The position numbers and the translations under genes are program-made. From positions 33,708 through 97,707 of the forward strand of contig CAZESS010000004.1 in the NCBI GenBank assembly GCA_964514975.1: a stretch of 64,000 nucleotides of DNA, given 5' to 3'. Below the pieces are notes generated by a model that had not been told where the DNA came from, did no database searches, and worked only from the letters and a program-made list of their open reading frames with translations. This stretch comes from an uncultured Thermoplasmatales archaeon (GTDB lineage: Archaea > Thermoplasmatota > E2 > UBA202 > DSCA01). Positions 29,705-39,700 of the stretch are shown one piece after another (within the stretch, counting starts at the first letter, position 1; each line of letters starts with the position of its first letter).

Positions 29705-32700
29705 TTATTCGACACGGCTGATGAGCGGACGGATGTCCTCTTCGCTGCTGGGGCCAGCAATGTCGTAATAAACGCTCCAGTACCAGGCGGTGCCGCTCTC
29801 GGGCTGCTGCGTTGCATTGGGATACCGCTGCTCGTAGTTCTTCCAGTAGTTGCCCTCTTTTTCCTCGGAGTCCGGATTGTACCAGCTGTTGCCGCCGCCT
29901 TCGTCGTAGCACAGGCTGGAACTCCTGAAGCTGGTGTTTTCGAAGTTGTTCGAGTATATCTTGTTGTTTTTGGAATTGTTTCCAAGGATGTAGACGCCGT
30001 AGCTGGCGGACAGGTCGATGGTGAACGTGTTTTCTTTGAGGACATTGTTACTCGTGGAAGAGGTCAGGTAGATTCCTCTACCATTGTATTCAAGTATGTT
30101 ATCCTGGATTGTGCCATCCGTGGCGGCTTCCATATATATGCCTTGCGTGCTGCCCGAGATGGTGTTGCCGGTGATGGTACAGTAGGTGGAGGATTGCACG
30201 TAGATGCTCTCGTTTGTGTTCGATGACATGGTGTTGCCGCTGATGGTGCAGGACCCCGAGTTCACGATGTATATTCCCCGTTCATTGTAGGATATGGTGT
30301 TTCCGTTTTCGACATGGGTGCCGTTGGAGCTCCTGATCTCTATGCCGATGCTGTTGTTGCAGATAGTGTTGCTCTGTATGGGGCGCGACGAACCAAGCGT
30401 CGATGAAAGCACTTTAACGGCGGCCGAGGTGTTATGCCAGTACAGGTGGTTGTTTTTAACGTCGGCGGTGTCGGAGTTGTTGATGACGATGCCCGGCGCG
30501 TTCTGCCACAGCGTGTTGTTGTTGACGACGTTGTTATCGGAGGAGGAGGCAAGGTAGATACCCGAGCCAGCGTGGCCATAGACCCGGTTTCCTCCCTCCG
30601 CGTTGTTGCCGACGCTGTTGCTGTTTGAAGCGGAGAGATAGATGCCGTCCGTGTTGCCATACACGGTGTTGTCAAAGATGCTGTTGCCGTTCGAGGACGA
30701 CAGATAGACGCCCCGCTGGTTGCCATACACCGTGTTATCCTCGATGGAGTTGCCCTTCGAGGTGGCCAGGATGATGCCATTGCCGCCATTGTCATGCACC
30801 GTGTTGTTACGTATTTCGTTGTTGCCCGCGGTCGCCGGCTTGGAGTTCTCCAGGTAGATGCCGTGGGACGTGCTCGAATGGACGACGTTGTCCACGATGA
30901 TGTTTCCGTTTCCTCCAGACGAGGAGAGATGAATACCGATGTCGTTGTGCTCGACGGTGTTGGACAGCACGTCGTTGTTGTTCCCCGAGGTGAGCAGCAG
31001 GCCCGTCTGCGTGTTGTTGTGGAGATAGTTGCCGGCTATCCGGTTGTTGGAGGAACTCGTTGACAGGATGCCGAAGCCCTGGTTCCATCGGATGACGTTG
31101 CCGGTGATGTTGTTCGTGGACGAGGACTGCACCTTCATGCCGTTGCCAGTGTACTCGACGAGGTTGTCAACAATGGTGTTTTCCTGAGCGTAGTTGTTGA
31201 GATAGATGCCGCTGATGCTGCTGTTGTTGATGGCGTTGCCGGTCACGTTGTTGTAGCTGCTCCCCTCGACATAGATACCATAAACGTTCTCCCAGAGCGT
31301 GTTGTTGTAGATGGCGTTGGTGTTCGAAAACGAGTACAGACGGATGCCGCTTTGCCCGTTGCCATATATATCGTTCTGTGTTATCTCGTTTTCATTTGAC
31401 GACTGCATGTAGATACCATGTCTGCCGTTTCCAGTGATAACGTTGTAGATAACGACGTTTCCGCCGGGGAGATTGTAGAGAGCCCGGTTGAAATGTATGC
31501 CGTCGCCGGTGCTGTTGGAAATTGTGCAATGCTCAATGGTGTTGTTCTTTGAATCATAGATGTATATGCCCCGCGAGTTGTTGTGAACCGTGTTGTTGTA
31601 GATGGTGTTGAAGTTGGAGGAGGAAGACAGAGATATCCCGGTTTCCGTGTGATTCATAATCTGGTTTGCCTGTATCACGTTGTTGCTCGAGCTGCTCCCC
31701 AGGATACCGTACTGGTTGCTTTCTATCTGGTTGTGCACGATGTCGTTGTTGCTTGAATCCTGTAGCTCCAAACCGTTCAGATTTGACTGCAGGGTGTTAT
31801 CTTCGATGGTGTTTGAATGGGAATAGTCGCTTATCAGGAAAGCGCTCCCGGAGTGGTCGGTTATCACGTTGTCGGTAACGATGTTGCTGTTCGATATGTT
31901 GAGATAGATGCCTCGCGTGTTGTTTTGTATCGTGTTGTATCTGAGGGTGTTCAGGTCGGTGGCGGACACGAGTTCTATTGCGGTGCCGGTGTTGTCTTTG
32001 ATGGTGTTGTATGAGACGGTGCATGACTCGAGGTTTTCCAGGTAGACAGCATTGTCCGTAAGGCGAATTGTGTTGTTGGTGATGGATGCAAGGCTGGAGC
32101 GGTACAAAGAGATACCCATCTGGCCTGTTGACTGGATGCTGTTCTCCCTGATTTTGGTGCCCAGGCTGTATCTGCCATGGATGCCATAGCTGGCGTTTTT
32201 GAGCGTGCATCCGCGGATGGTATTGTTGTGGGCGTTGTCGAGCGATATGCATTTGTCGGCTATGTTGGTAGCCAGGGTACAGTTAATGATGGAGCAGCGG
32301 GCAGCCCCATCGAGTAAAATACCATTTTGAGCTGAATTGCCCTTGATAATGACGTCTTTCACGGTCGTCCAGTCTGCCCGAAGGGTGAGAATGTTGCCAC
32401 CGCTGGCCCGTATCGTGGGCGTGTCGATACCGATGATGTTTACCGATTTATCGACGGAAAGCTGTTCATCGTATATCTGTCCGCTTGACCCTATAACGTT
32501 GACGGTGCCTCCGGGCGGAACGGCAGCGATGCCGGCCTGTATGGTTTCCAGATGGGTTTCGTCGTCGAGCCATCCTGCCGGCGGGTCGTTGTTCACCCAG
32601 ACCTCGGTGTTGTAGCCGGCTCCTTCGGCCATCCATGCCAGTACATTGCGAAGATAGTTCGTTCGGCTTTCCTCTGTTATCTCGTCCGCGTTGAGGTCGA

Positions 32701-35290
32701 AGCCCAGGATGATGCTCCGGTTTTGGTCACGGGTTGCATCGATGGCGAAGTTGCCGGTGATGCTGCTGGCGGTGGTGCCGACGACCTCTATATCGTCAAT
32801 ATAGTACCCGTAGTCACGGCCTGAACTGCTTGTGTCGAGCGTCCAACGTAACTGTATGTTTCCTCCCGTATAGCTTGAGAGATCATATGTCTGGGTGGTC
32901 CATGTACCGGGTTCGTTTGCCCGATCGAATGTATCGAGTTCATGCCAGCTTCCATCATATACCTCTAACGTGACTTGGTCATATGAGTCAGCAAATCTGT
33001 ACCGGTGCTTGAATTCGAGTGTTGCACCATAATATGTGGAGAGGTCTATTCCGGGGGATTTCAGCCAGCAGTCTGCATCATTGTTATAATAATGCGAATA
33101 ACCTGACACGTCAGTTCCGTACACATAGCTACTCCTGTACGGGAAATAAGGCGACCCATACCCTTGTCCCCCCCAACCGCTCTCCCATTCATCCTCATCC
33201 CCTCCATGGTCCCATCCGTTGAGGTTATCACAATCATAATATTCAATACGGCTTTCTTCACTGGGGCCATAGAGGCTGTTCGCTTGTATAGAATAGTTGA
33301 ACAGCGGGTCTGACTGCTTGTTGAGGCCGTAGAGCTCGATGGGGGAAGAGAAGTTGAGGTAGGCTCCATTGGATGACGTTCCGGGCATGCCGACCAGCGA
33401 GCCGGATGCAGTGTAGGGCTTTCCCCGGAAATAGTCATCCGATATACGGTCGGAATAGGATACCCAGTCTGAATCATATACGATGCCGCCCTGGTCATTA
33501 CCGTCGTAGTACAGGCCGAGCGTGGTGCCCAGGTCCACCTCGCTCTGGGTGACACCGTTGCCGGGATAGTTGACGAGGTCGCGGACCGCGTAGCTCCCGG
33601 ACATCATGAACACGCCGGCTGTATGGTTGCCCTCCATGTGCTGCTCTATTTCACGCATGTGGTCGGAGACGTCGTCGCCGCCCTCCGTCATGGGGGTGCT
33701 CCAGTAATTTGGGTAGGTGGTATAGGGATAGTTGTTGGCTCCGCCGCCGTCGCCGGGGAAGTTGCCGGTGCTCCAGATGACGATGTCGAACTGGTTGAGC
33801 ACCGTCCCTGAAATATTTGCCCCGCGGAGGTCCGGAGAGGTATCCGCATCGTCGGTAAACACCCACTGGTCGAGCGCCTTTCCGTATGAGTAGTCGGAGT
33901 CGGGCATGATGTTCTGGCAGGCGGCCTTGAGATTGTCAATGCCGCTCTCCCATCCCGTGGGGGTGTTATCAACGAACAGGAACCGGGGTGAGGATGCGGT
34001 CGCTGGCGAGCTCACCGTGATGTTTTTCTGTTCGACGGCCCAGCCCCCACTGTCGTCCGTGACGTTGAGCGTCACCGTGTAGTTGCCCGGCGTGTTATAC
34101 TGGTGGCTGACGGTCGAGCCGTAGGCAGTGTCGCCGTCACCGAAATCCCATGACCAGTTGACGATGTTGCCGTCCTTGTCGTAGCTATACGGGGAGCCGC
34201 CGTCGAAGGTCACGCTTGAAGCGGTGGTGATGTTCGCCGAGCTCGTCGAAAACCCTGCCTGGGGACTGATGTTCGGCACGTCCACGTTTATCTCCTTGGT
34301 GCTGGTATCGCCGTTGTCATCGGTGACAATCAGTGTCACCGTATAGGTGCCGCTCTGGTCATAGGTATGGCTGGGGTTTTGGCTGGTCGAGCTGGTGCCG
34401 TCGCCGAAGTTCCATTCATATGAAACGATTTCGCCGTCGGGATCGCTCACGTTTGAGGTGAAATCGATGGTGCCGTTGACATTCGGGTTGACGCTCCAGG
34501 AGAAATTGCTGTCTGGCGGTACGTTGCCGGACACCGGTATCGGCGGTGGCACGTGGACGCCGTGGGAATGAGCGGTGCTCGTCGTGTTTGTCTCACCTTC
34601 GTCGTCGACGACAGTCAGCGTGACATTATAGGTGCCTTCGGATGCATAGGTGTGCACGGGTGTCGGCCCGTAGGCATCTATGACCCCATCGCTCGTCCAG
34701 TCCCATCGGTATTCCTGGATGCTGCCGCCGTCGGGGTCATAGCTCTCCGTTGCATTGAAATATAGCGTTTCCTCTGTCTTTGGGTCATATGGGGTGTAGG
34801 TGAACTGGGCGACCGGCGGCATGGTGTGCAGGATGCCCTGCTGAAGGACGCCGCTCATGATGATGGAGTTGCTCGGTTTGTCGATGATGGCGACCGATAT
34901 CTGCCAGCGGGCGACCTCGCCGAACATGCTCGTGCAGTCAAGCTCGATGTAATCGCCGACGTCCCAGCGGCCATTGTCATTTGAGTCATGAAAGACGGCT
35001 GAGAGAGCGCTCCCTTCCAGCGTGTGTGACTGGTTGTCTCCTTTTTTGATCACGACCCTGAGTTCCTCTAGTGGTATGGAGTCTCCTCCACGGTTTTCGA
35101 CGGTGGCCATCGTGTTATCGTCCATCGATCCGACCATGTGGACGCTCGGTGCGGACGGCGAGCTGTCCATTGAGAGCACGTAGACGATCAGCGATGAAAA
35201 TATGATGACGGCGATGGCGAGCAGGAGCACAGTGCCGATGATTTCTGAGACACCTTCTCTTCCTTTTATTCTTCCAATTTTTTCCATCAT
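29705..35290 (-). CDS. Giant (1861 aa) type IV pilin-headed adhesin: Pilin_N, 3 PKD, alpha/beta domain with an inserted jelly-roll, ~900 aa parallel beta-helix
   Basis: KGREG/VSEIIGTVLLLAIAVII (archaeal Pilin_N-type class III signal), VENRGGDSIP, PKD motifs, dozens of GIYLxxSxxNxIxxN repeats, terminal GNYW; RBS GGGGAGG. Confidence 0.85.
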   Translation of the reverse strand: MMEKIGRIKGREGVSEIIGTVLLLAIAVIIFSSLIVYVLSMDSSPSAPSVHMVGSMDDNTMATVENRGGDSIPLEELRVVIKKGDNQSHTLEGSALSAVFHDSNDNGRWDVGDYIELDCTSMFGEVARWQISVAIIDKPSNSIIMSGVLQQGILHTMPPVAQFTYTPYDPKTEETLYFNATESYDPDGGSIQEYRWDWTSDGVIDAYGPTPVHTYASEGTYNVTLTVVDDEGETNTTSTAHSHGVHVPPPIPVSGNVPPDSNFSWSVNPNVNGTIDFTSNVSDPDGEIVSYEWNFGDGTSSTSQNPSHTYDQSGTYTVTLIVTDDNGDTSTKEINVDVPNISPQAGFSTSSANITTASSVTFDGGSPYSYDKDGNIVNWSWDFGDGDTAYGSTVSHQYNTPGNYTVTLNVTDDSGGWAVEQKNITVSSPATASSPRFLFVDNTPTGWESGIDNLKAACQNIMPDSDYSYGKALDQWVFTDDADTSPDLRGANISGTVLNQFDIVIWSTGNFPGDGGGANNYPYTTYPNYWSTPMTEGGDDVSDHMREIEQHMEGNHTAGVFMMSGSYAVRDLVNYPGNGVTQSEVDLGTTLGLYYDGNDQGGIVYDSDWVSYSDRISDDYFRGKPYTASGSLVGMPGTSSNGAYLNFSSPIELYGLNKQSDPLFNYSIQANSLYGPSEESRIEYYDCDNLNGWDHGGDEDEWESGWGGQGYGSPYFPYRSSYVYGTDVSGYSHYYNNDADCWLKSPGIDLSTYYGATLEFKHRYRFADSYDQVTLEVYDGSWHELDTFDRANEPGTWTTQTYDLSSYTGGNIQLRWTLDTSSSGRDYGYYIDDIEVVGTTASSITGNFAIDATRDQNRSIILGFDLNADEITEESRTNYLRNVLAWMAEGAGYNTEVWVNNDPPAGWLDDETHLETIQAGIAAVPPGGTVNVIGSSGQIYDEQLSVDKSVNIIGIDTPTIRASGGNILTLRADWTTVKDVIIKGNSAQNGILLDGAARCSIINCTLATNIADKCISLDNAHNNTIRGCTLKNASYGIHGRYSLGTKIRENSIQSTGQMGISLYRSSLASITNNTIRLTDNAVYLENLESCTVSYNTIKDNTGTAIELVSATDLNTLRYNTIQNNTRGIYLNISNSNIVTDNVITDHSGSAFLISDYSHSNTIEDNTLQSNLNGLELQDSSNNDIVHNQIESNQYGILGSSSSNNVIQANQIMNHTETGISLSSSSNFNTIYNNTVHNNSRGIYIYDSKNNTIEHCTISNSTGDGIHFNRALYNLPGGNVVIYNVITGNGRHGIYMQSSNENEITQNDIYGNGQSGIRLYSFSNTNAIYNNTLWENVYGIYVEGSSYNNVTGNAINNSSISGIYLNNYAQENTIVDNLVEYTGNGMKVQSSSTNNITGNVIRWNQGFGILSTSSSNNRIAGNYLHNNTQTGLLLTSGNNNDVLSNTVEHNDIGIHLSSSGGNGNIIVDNVVHSSTSHGIYLENSKPATAGNNEIRNNTVHDNGGNGIILATSKGNSIEDNTVYGNQRGVYLSSSNGNSIFDNTVYGNTDGIYLSASNSNSVGNNAEGGNRVYGHAGSGIYLASSSDNNVVNNNTLWQNAPGIVINNSDTADVKNNHLYWHNTSAAVKVLSSTLGSSRPIQSNTICNNSIGIEIRSSNGTHVENGNTISYNERGIYIVNSGSCTISGNTMSSNTNESIYVQSSTYCTITGNTISGSTQGIYMEAATDGTIQDNILEYNGRGIYLTSSTSNNVLKENTFTIDLSASYGVYILGNNSKNNKIYSNNFENTSFRSSSLCYDEGGGNSWYNPDSEEKEGNYWKNYEQRYPNATQQPESGTAWYWSVYYDIAGPSSEEDIRPLISRVE

Positions 35291-35430
35291 TGTTATTCAT
35301 TCCTCCCCAGCTTATATATTTTCTTATATATTTCTTTCCTATATCGCTAACTTTTTGCTATCATTATCGTGCTACACTATTACAACGTGTTCCTGGTATA
35401 TAAAGATTATCGTACGATTCGCAAAATATG

Positions 35431-35946
35431 CTAGCCCTGCATCCGCTGCCGGAGCTGCTCCCGAATTTTGTCTCTGTCCGTGGTTTCCAGCCCAAAATAT
35501 TCATAAAAATATTCGGTTGCCTCCAGCATCTTCGTCCGGCCATGCGGCCGCGTCCGGACAAACCCGAGCTCCTCGAGCTCCGGCACATGGTCGTAGACCT
35601 TGCTTCCGACCATGTCCCTGACATCCGACTGCTTTACCGGCTGGTAATAGGCGATGAGCGACACCGTCTTCAGCAGCTTCTGCGGCACCTCACGGGGCGA
35701 CAATTGCTGCCCATATGAGGCGTATTTCGAGCGGAGCTGCATCACGTACTTGTCGCCGGCACGAACCACCTCCAGCGCCGTCGCATCCTTTTCCGCAGCA
35801 GCCATATACTCCTGCTGCAAATGCTCGATGGCCTGCACAACCGTCCGCTCGCCCAGGTCGAGCGCCTCACACAGATTCTCCACTGACAGTGGGCGGCCCG
35901 CAGAAAAAAGCGCTGCCTCAACCTGTCGAACGCTACGTTTGTTCAT
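35431..35946 (-). CDS. scpB: SMC-Scp complex subunit ScpB
   Basis: VEAALFSAGRPLS, LKTVSLIAYYQPV, TEYFYEYFGL; directly downstream of scpA. Confidence 0.93.
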   Translation of the reverse strand: MNKRSVRQVEAALFSAGRPLSVENLCEALDLGERTVVQAIEHLQQEYMAAAEKDATALEVVRAGDKYVMQLRSKYASYGQQLSPREVPQKLLKTVSLIAYYQPVKQSDVRDMVGSKVYDHVPELEELGFVRTRPHGRTKMLEATEYFYEYFGLETTDRDKIREQLRQRMQG

Positions 35947-36772
35947 AATGAGTGTTTTTTATGTAAATCGTGCCGTATGGAAAATCTTCCTGCCAGAGCT
36001 GTACCCGGTTCTCCCGGGCCAGGAACAGCAGCGATGACATCGTCATGACCAGGTCCTGCCTGTCGTTCGTGTCGCAGAGCTCGCCGATGGCGATGGCCCG
36101 GCCGTTCAGCTGGCTGAGCCGGCTGAGCACGATGCTTATCTCCTGCTCGATGTCCTCCTGATGCGCGTTGTCTCCCACATCATGTTCGTCCTGCTCGGCC
36201 TGCCGCTGCCGCTGCTCCGCCCGCTTTTCCTGGCGCTGCTGTCGCTCCACGACCTCGTCGCGGGCTTCCTCGAACGCGTTGATGAGCTCGACCAGGGTGA
36301 CCTTGCGCTTGCCGTCCCGGCGGACTTTTTCCTCGATGGGTGCCTCGTTTTCGATGACCGCCCGGGTGTAGGTGTAGCCGTCGTCCTCCATGTACCAGTC
36401 GGGGATGTCATCCCATTCCTCGGGCTCCTCCTCCTGCTCGGTTTCCTCCAGGCGCTGGACCATGTAGTCGGACTGGAGCTTCAACACCTTCCAGGCCATC
36501 AGGATGATGCGTCCGGCTGTCATCAGGTCGATGCTCTGGGCCTCCCTGACCTTTCTGAGGTAGAGCCGTGAAAACGAGACGAGGTCGATCTCCCAGGGGT
36601 CGAACTGCTCGTCGATGACCAGCTCGAACGTGGCGGCGATGGCCTTGTCGAAAGGATTGTCGACATACATCGTCGCTCTGCCGTCGGCCATCTCTATATA
36701 TTTTTGCAGGCTCTCCTTTTTGGCGACGTCCTCCCGCTGCAGCAGCAGATGGTCGACCACGTCGTCCTTCAT
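35933..36772 (-). CDS. scpA: Kleisin ScpA
   Basis: FDPWEIDLV, KRKVTLVELINAF, LLFLARENRVQLWQEDFPYGTIYI; overlaps the smc stop. Confidence 0.92.
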   Translation of the reverse strand: MKDDVVDHLLLQREDVAKKESLQKYIEMADGRATMYVDNPFDKAIAATFELVIDEQFDPWEIDLVSFSRLYLRKVREAQSIDLMTAGRIILMAWKVLKLQSDYMVQRLEETEQEEEPEEWDDIPDWYMEDDGYTYTRAVIENEAPIEEKVRRDGKRKVTLVELINAFEEARDEVVERQQRQEKRAEQRQRQAEQDEHDVGDNAHQEDIEQEISIVLSRLSQLNGRAIAIGELCDTNDRQDLVMTMSSLLFLARENRVQLWQEDFPYGTIYIKNTHYEQT

Positions 36773-39700
36773 TTTACCTCCACGAGCTGCTCGACCTCTT
36801 CCATGTCGACGTTGCCGATGAGCGTCGACACGCCGTTGTCGTGCATCGTCACACCGTAGATGTGGTTGGCCTTGTTGAGCGTGATGCGCCGCAAAGATAT
36901 CGCGATGAACTGGGTGCTCCGCGCCCGCTGCTGGATCATGGTGGCGACACGCTCCGCGTTTTTGCCGTCCAGGAACATGTCGACCTCGTCCAGGATGTAG
37001 AACGGCGACGGGTCATAGGCCTGCAACGCAAAAATGAACGCCAGCGAGGCCATGCTTTTCTCGCCGCCGGACAGCGCGTTGAGGCGAAGCGACCGCTTTC
37101 CCTTGGGACGCGCCCGGATGATGAGGCCGCCGTCGAAGGGCTGCTCCGAGTTTTCCAGCTCCAGCTTCGCATCCCCCGACGTCAGCTCGGCGTAGATCTC
37201 GGCAAAGTGCTCCTTCACCGCGTCGTACACCTCGAAAAAGGCATCCTTCTTTTTCTTTTTGATCTCCTCGACCAGGTTTACAAGGTTTTTCCGCTGCTCC
37301 CGGAGCCGGTCGATGTCCTGCTCAAACGACTGCCGGCGTTCCTCCTGCCGCTCGTATTCCTCGAGCGCGCGCATGTTCACCGGCTGGAGCTGCTCCATCT
37401 TGCGCTCCAGCTCCTTTATCCGGCTTTTGAGCTCGTCGAGCCCCGACAGCTCGTCCTCGCTGAACTCGTAGTCCTGCGTCTCCATGAGCAGCTCGCCGAG
37501 GGTTTCCTCCAGCGTCGGCAGCCGGGCCTTGGCCCTGGAAATCAGGTCGAGATTTGTTTCCATCTTGGTGGAGATGCTGTCTATCTTGTTTTCGATGTCC
37601 ACGGTTTCCCGGTACAGCGCATCCCTGCCCTCCGTCAATCCCTTGCGCTTCCCGAGCATCTTGTCCTCCACCTCCATCAGCGCCTCCATGTTGTCCTGGT
37701 TTTCCTGATGTATCTTTTTGAGCTGTGCTATCTCCGCCTGGTATTCCTCGCGCTGGCTGTCGATGGCCTGGAGCCGGTCGTCGAGCTCCTGCCGTCGTTC
37801 CTCCATGACCTCGAGCTCCTTGGAACGGGTGCGGATGTCGGAGGTCAGCGAGCGCTGTCGGTCGCGCTGCTCCTCGAGCGTTTCCTTCAACGCATCGATT
37901 TTTTTGGTGGTTTCCTTGGTGCTGATGTGCTTGAGCTCCTGCTCGGTCTGCTCGCGCTGTTGCTCGAGCTCCTCGATGTGCGTTTCTTTTTCCGTGATGT
38001 TATCCTGCACCTCGTCGATTTTGCGCTGGAGCTCGTCATGTTCCTGCTGCCGGGATTCCAGCCGCTCGGTGATAACCTTGAGCTTGCCGTCGAACTCTTT
38101 TTTGCGGGCGTCCAGCCGCTCGAGCTGGTCCTCCTCTTCGATGGTGCAGTCGCGGAGCTGCTGCTGCACCGTGGATATCTCCTCGCGGACCTCCATCAGC
38201 CGCTCCGACATCGCCTCCTGTTGATGGGTGACCTCCCGGAGTTTTTTGCTGATGTCGCCGACCTTGCGCTGGTCTCCCTTGCCAAATGATGCCTTGCGAG
38301 GGGTGCTGCCCCCGATCATGGCCCCGCTCGACCCGACGATTTCGCCGTCGAGCGTCACCAATCGTACGCCACCCATGACCTTGCGCGCCGATGTGAGGTC
38401 TTCCATGACGATGGTGTCCCGGAAGACGTACCAGAACGCGGCCTTGTACTCGAGGTCGAAGCTCACCAGGTCGATGGCGAAACCATGCGACCCGTCCTCC
38501 TTGACGGTCATCAGCGCTTTGCCGCGCGGCTTCCCCGCAGACATCTTGCTCAGGGGCAAAAACGTGGTGCGTCCATAGTCATGTTTTTTGAGATAGTTGA
38601 TACATTTCGAGGCGACCTCGTCGTCGTCGACCACGATCGCCTCTGCACGGCGACCCGCGGCGACACCGAGCGCCCGCTGGTATTCGTCGTCGACGTTGCC
38701 GAGCTCGGATATGCTGCCGTGGATGCCCCGGATGGCGCCCTCGTTGCGGGCCTTGAGGATTTCCCGTGCAGCGCGGGTGTAGCTGCTGGCCTCCTGCCGC
38801 GCCTTGAGCTTGGCGAGCTCCCGCTGGTAGCGCATGACCTGCTGGTCGAGCTCCTGCAATGTTTCCGATATCTCTGATTCCTCCTTTTTCCGGTCGAAGA
38901 GCTCCTGTTCAAGGCGCTCTTTTTCCTTGAGCTGTTCCTTCTGGCTTTTCTTGATTTCTTTTATCTGCCAGTTGACGTCCTTGAGCTCGAACTCGTAGGT
39001 CTGCCGGTTTTCCTCGAGCTCCGAGATGGAGACGTCGAGGCTTTCCATCTGCTGCTCCAGCCGGTCTTTTTCGAGCTCGAGCTCGTGCAATGCCTGCCGC
39101 TCCTGCTCATATTGTTTTTTTATCTTCGCCAGGCTGCGGGTGATATCCATCGCTCGCTCGTCCGAATTGCTCATCCGCTGCTTGATGGTCTCGAGCTCGT
39201 CGCCGGTGTTCTCGATGGCCCGGGTAACCTGCTCGTGCTCCTTTTCCAGCTTTTCGACGGTTTTCTGGTAGGAACGGATTTCTTTCTGCAGCTTTTCATG
39301 CGTGGCCTCGAGCTCCTTGCGCTCCTGCTTGCCCTCCGAGATTTCCTTGGTGTAGTAGTTGATTTTTTCCTTGGCCTTGATGGCTTCCTCGCGCGCCTCG
39401 TTTATCTGCTCCTTGAGCTCCTCGATTTCCTCGCCGCCGAGCTCCGCGATCCGGTCCTCGACTTCCTGCAGCTCGAGCTGCTTGTCGCGGTAGCGCTCCT
39501 GGAGCTCCTTCCGCTGCTCCTTGAGGCGCTCGCGCTCGTCCTTGTATGACTGTATCTGTTTTTCGATTTCCTGGATGTCCTTTTCGACCTCGAGGCGTTT
39601 TTTATAGGAGCGCATCGCCTTCGTCCGGCTGAGCGCCTCCTGCATCTCCTTGTATTGCACGGCGTCGTCGCGCTCCCGCTTGAGCTTGCGGAGCTGGCTT

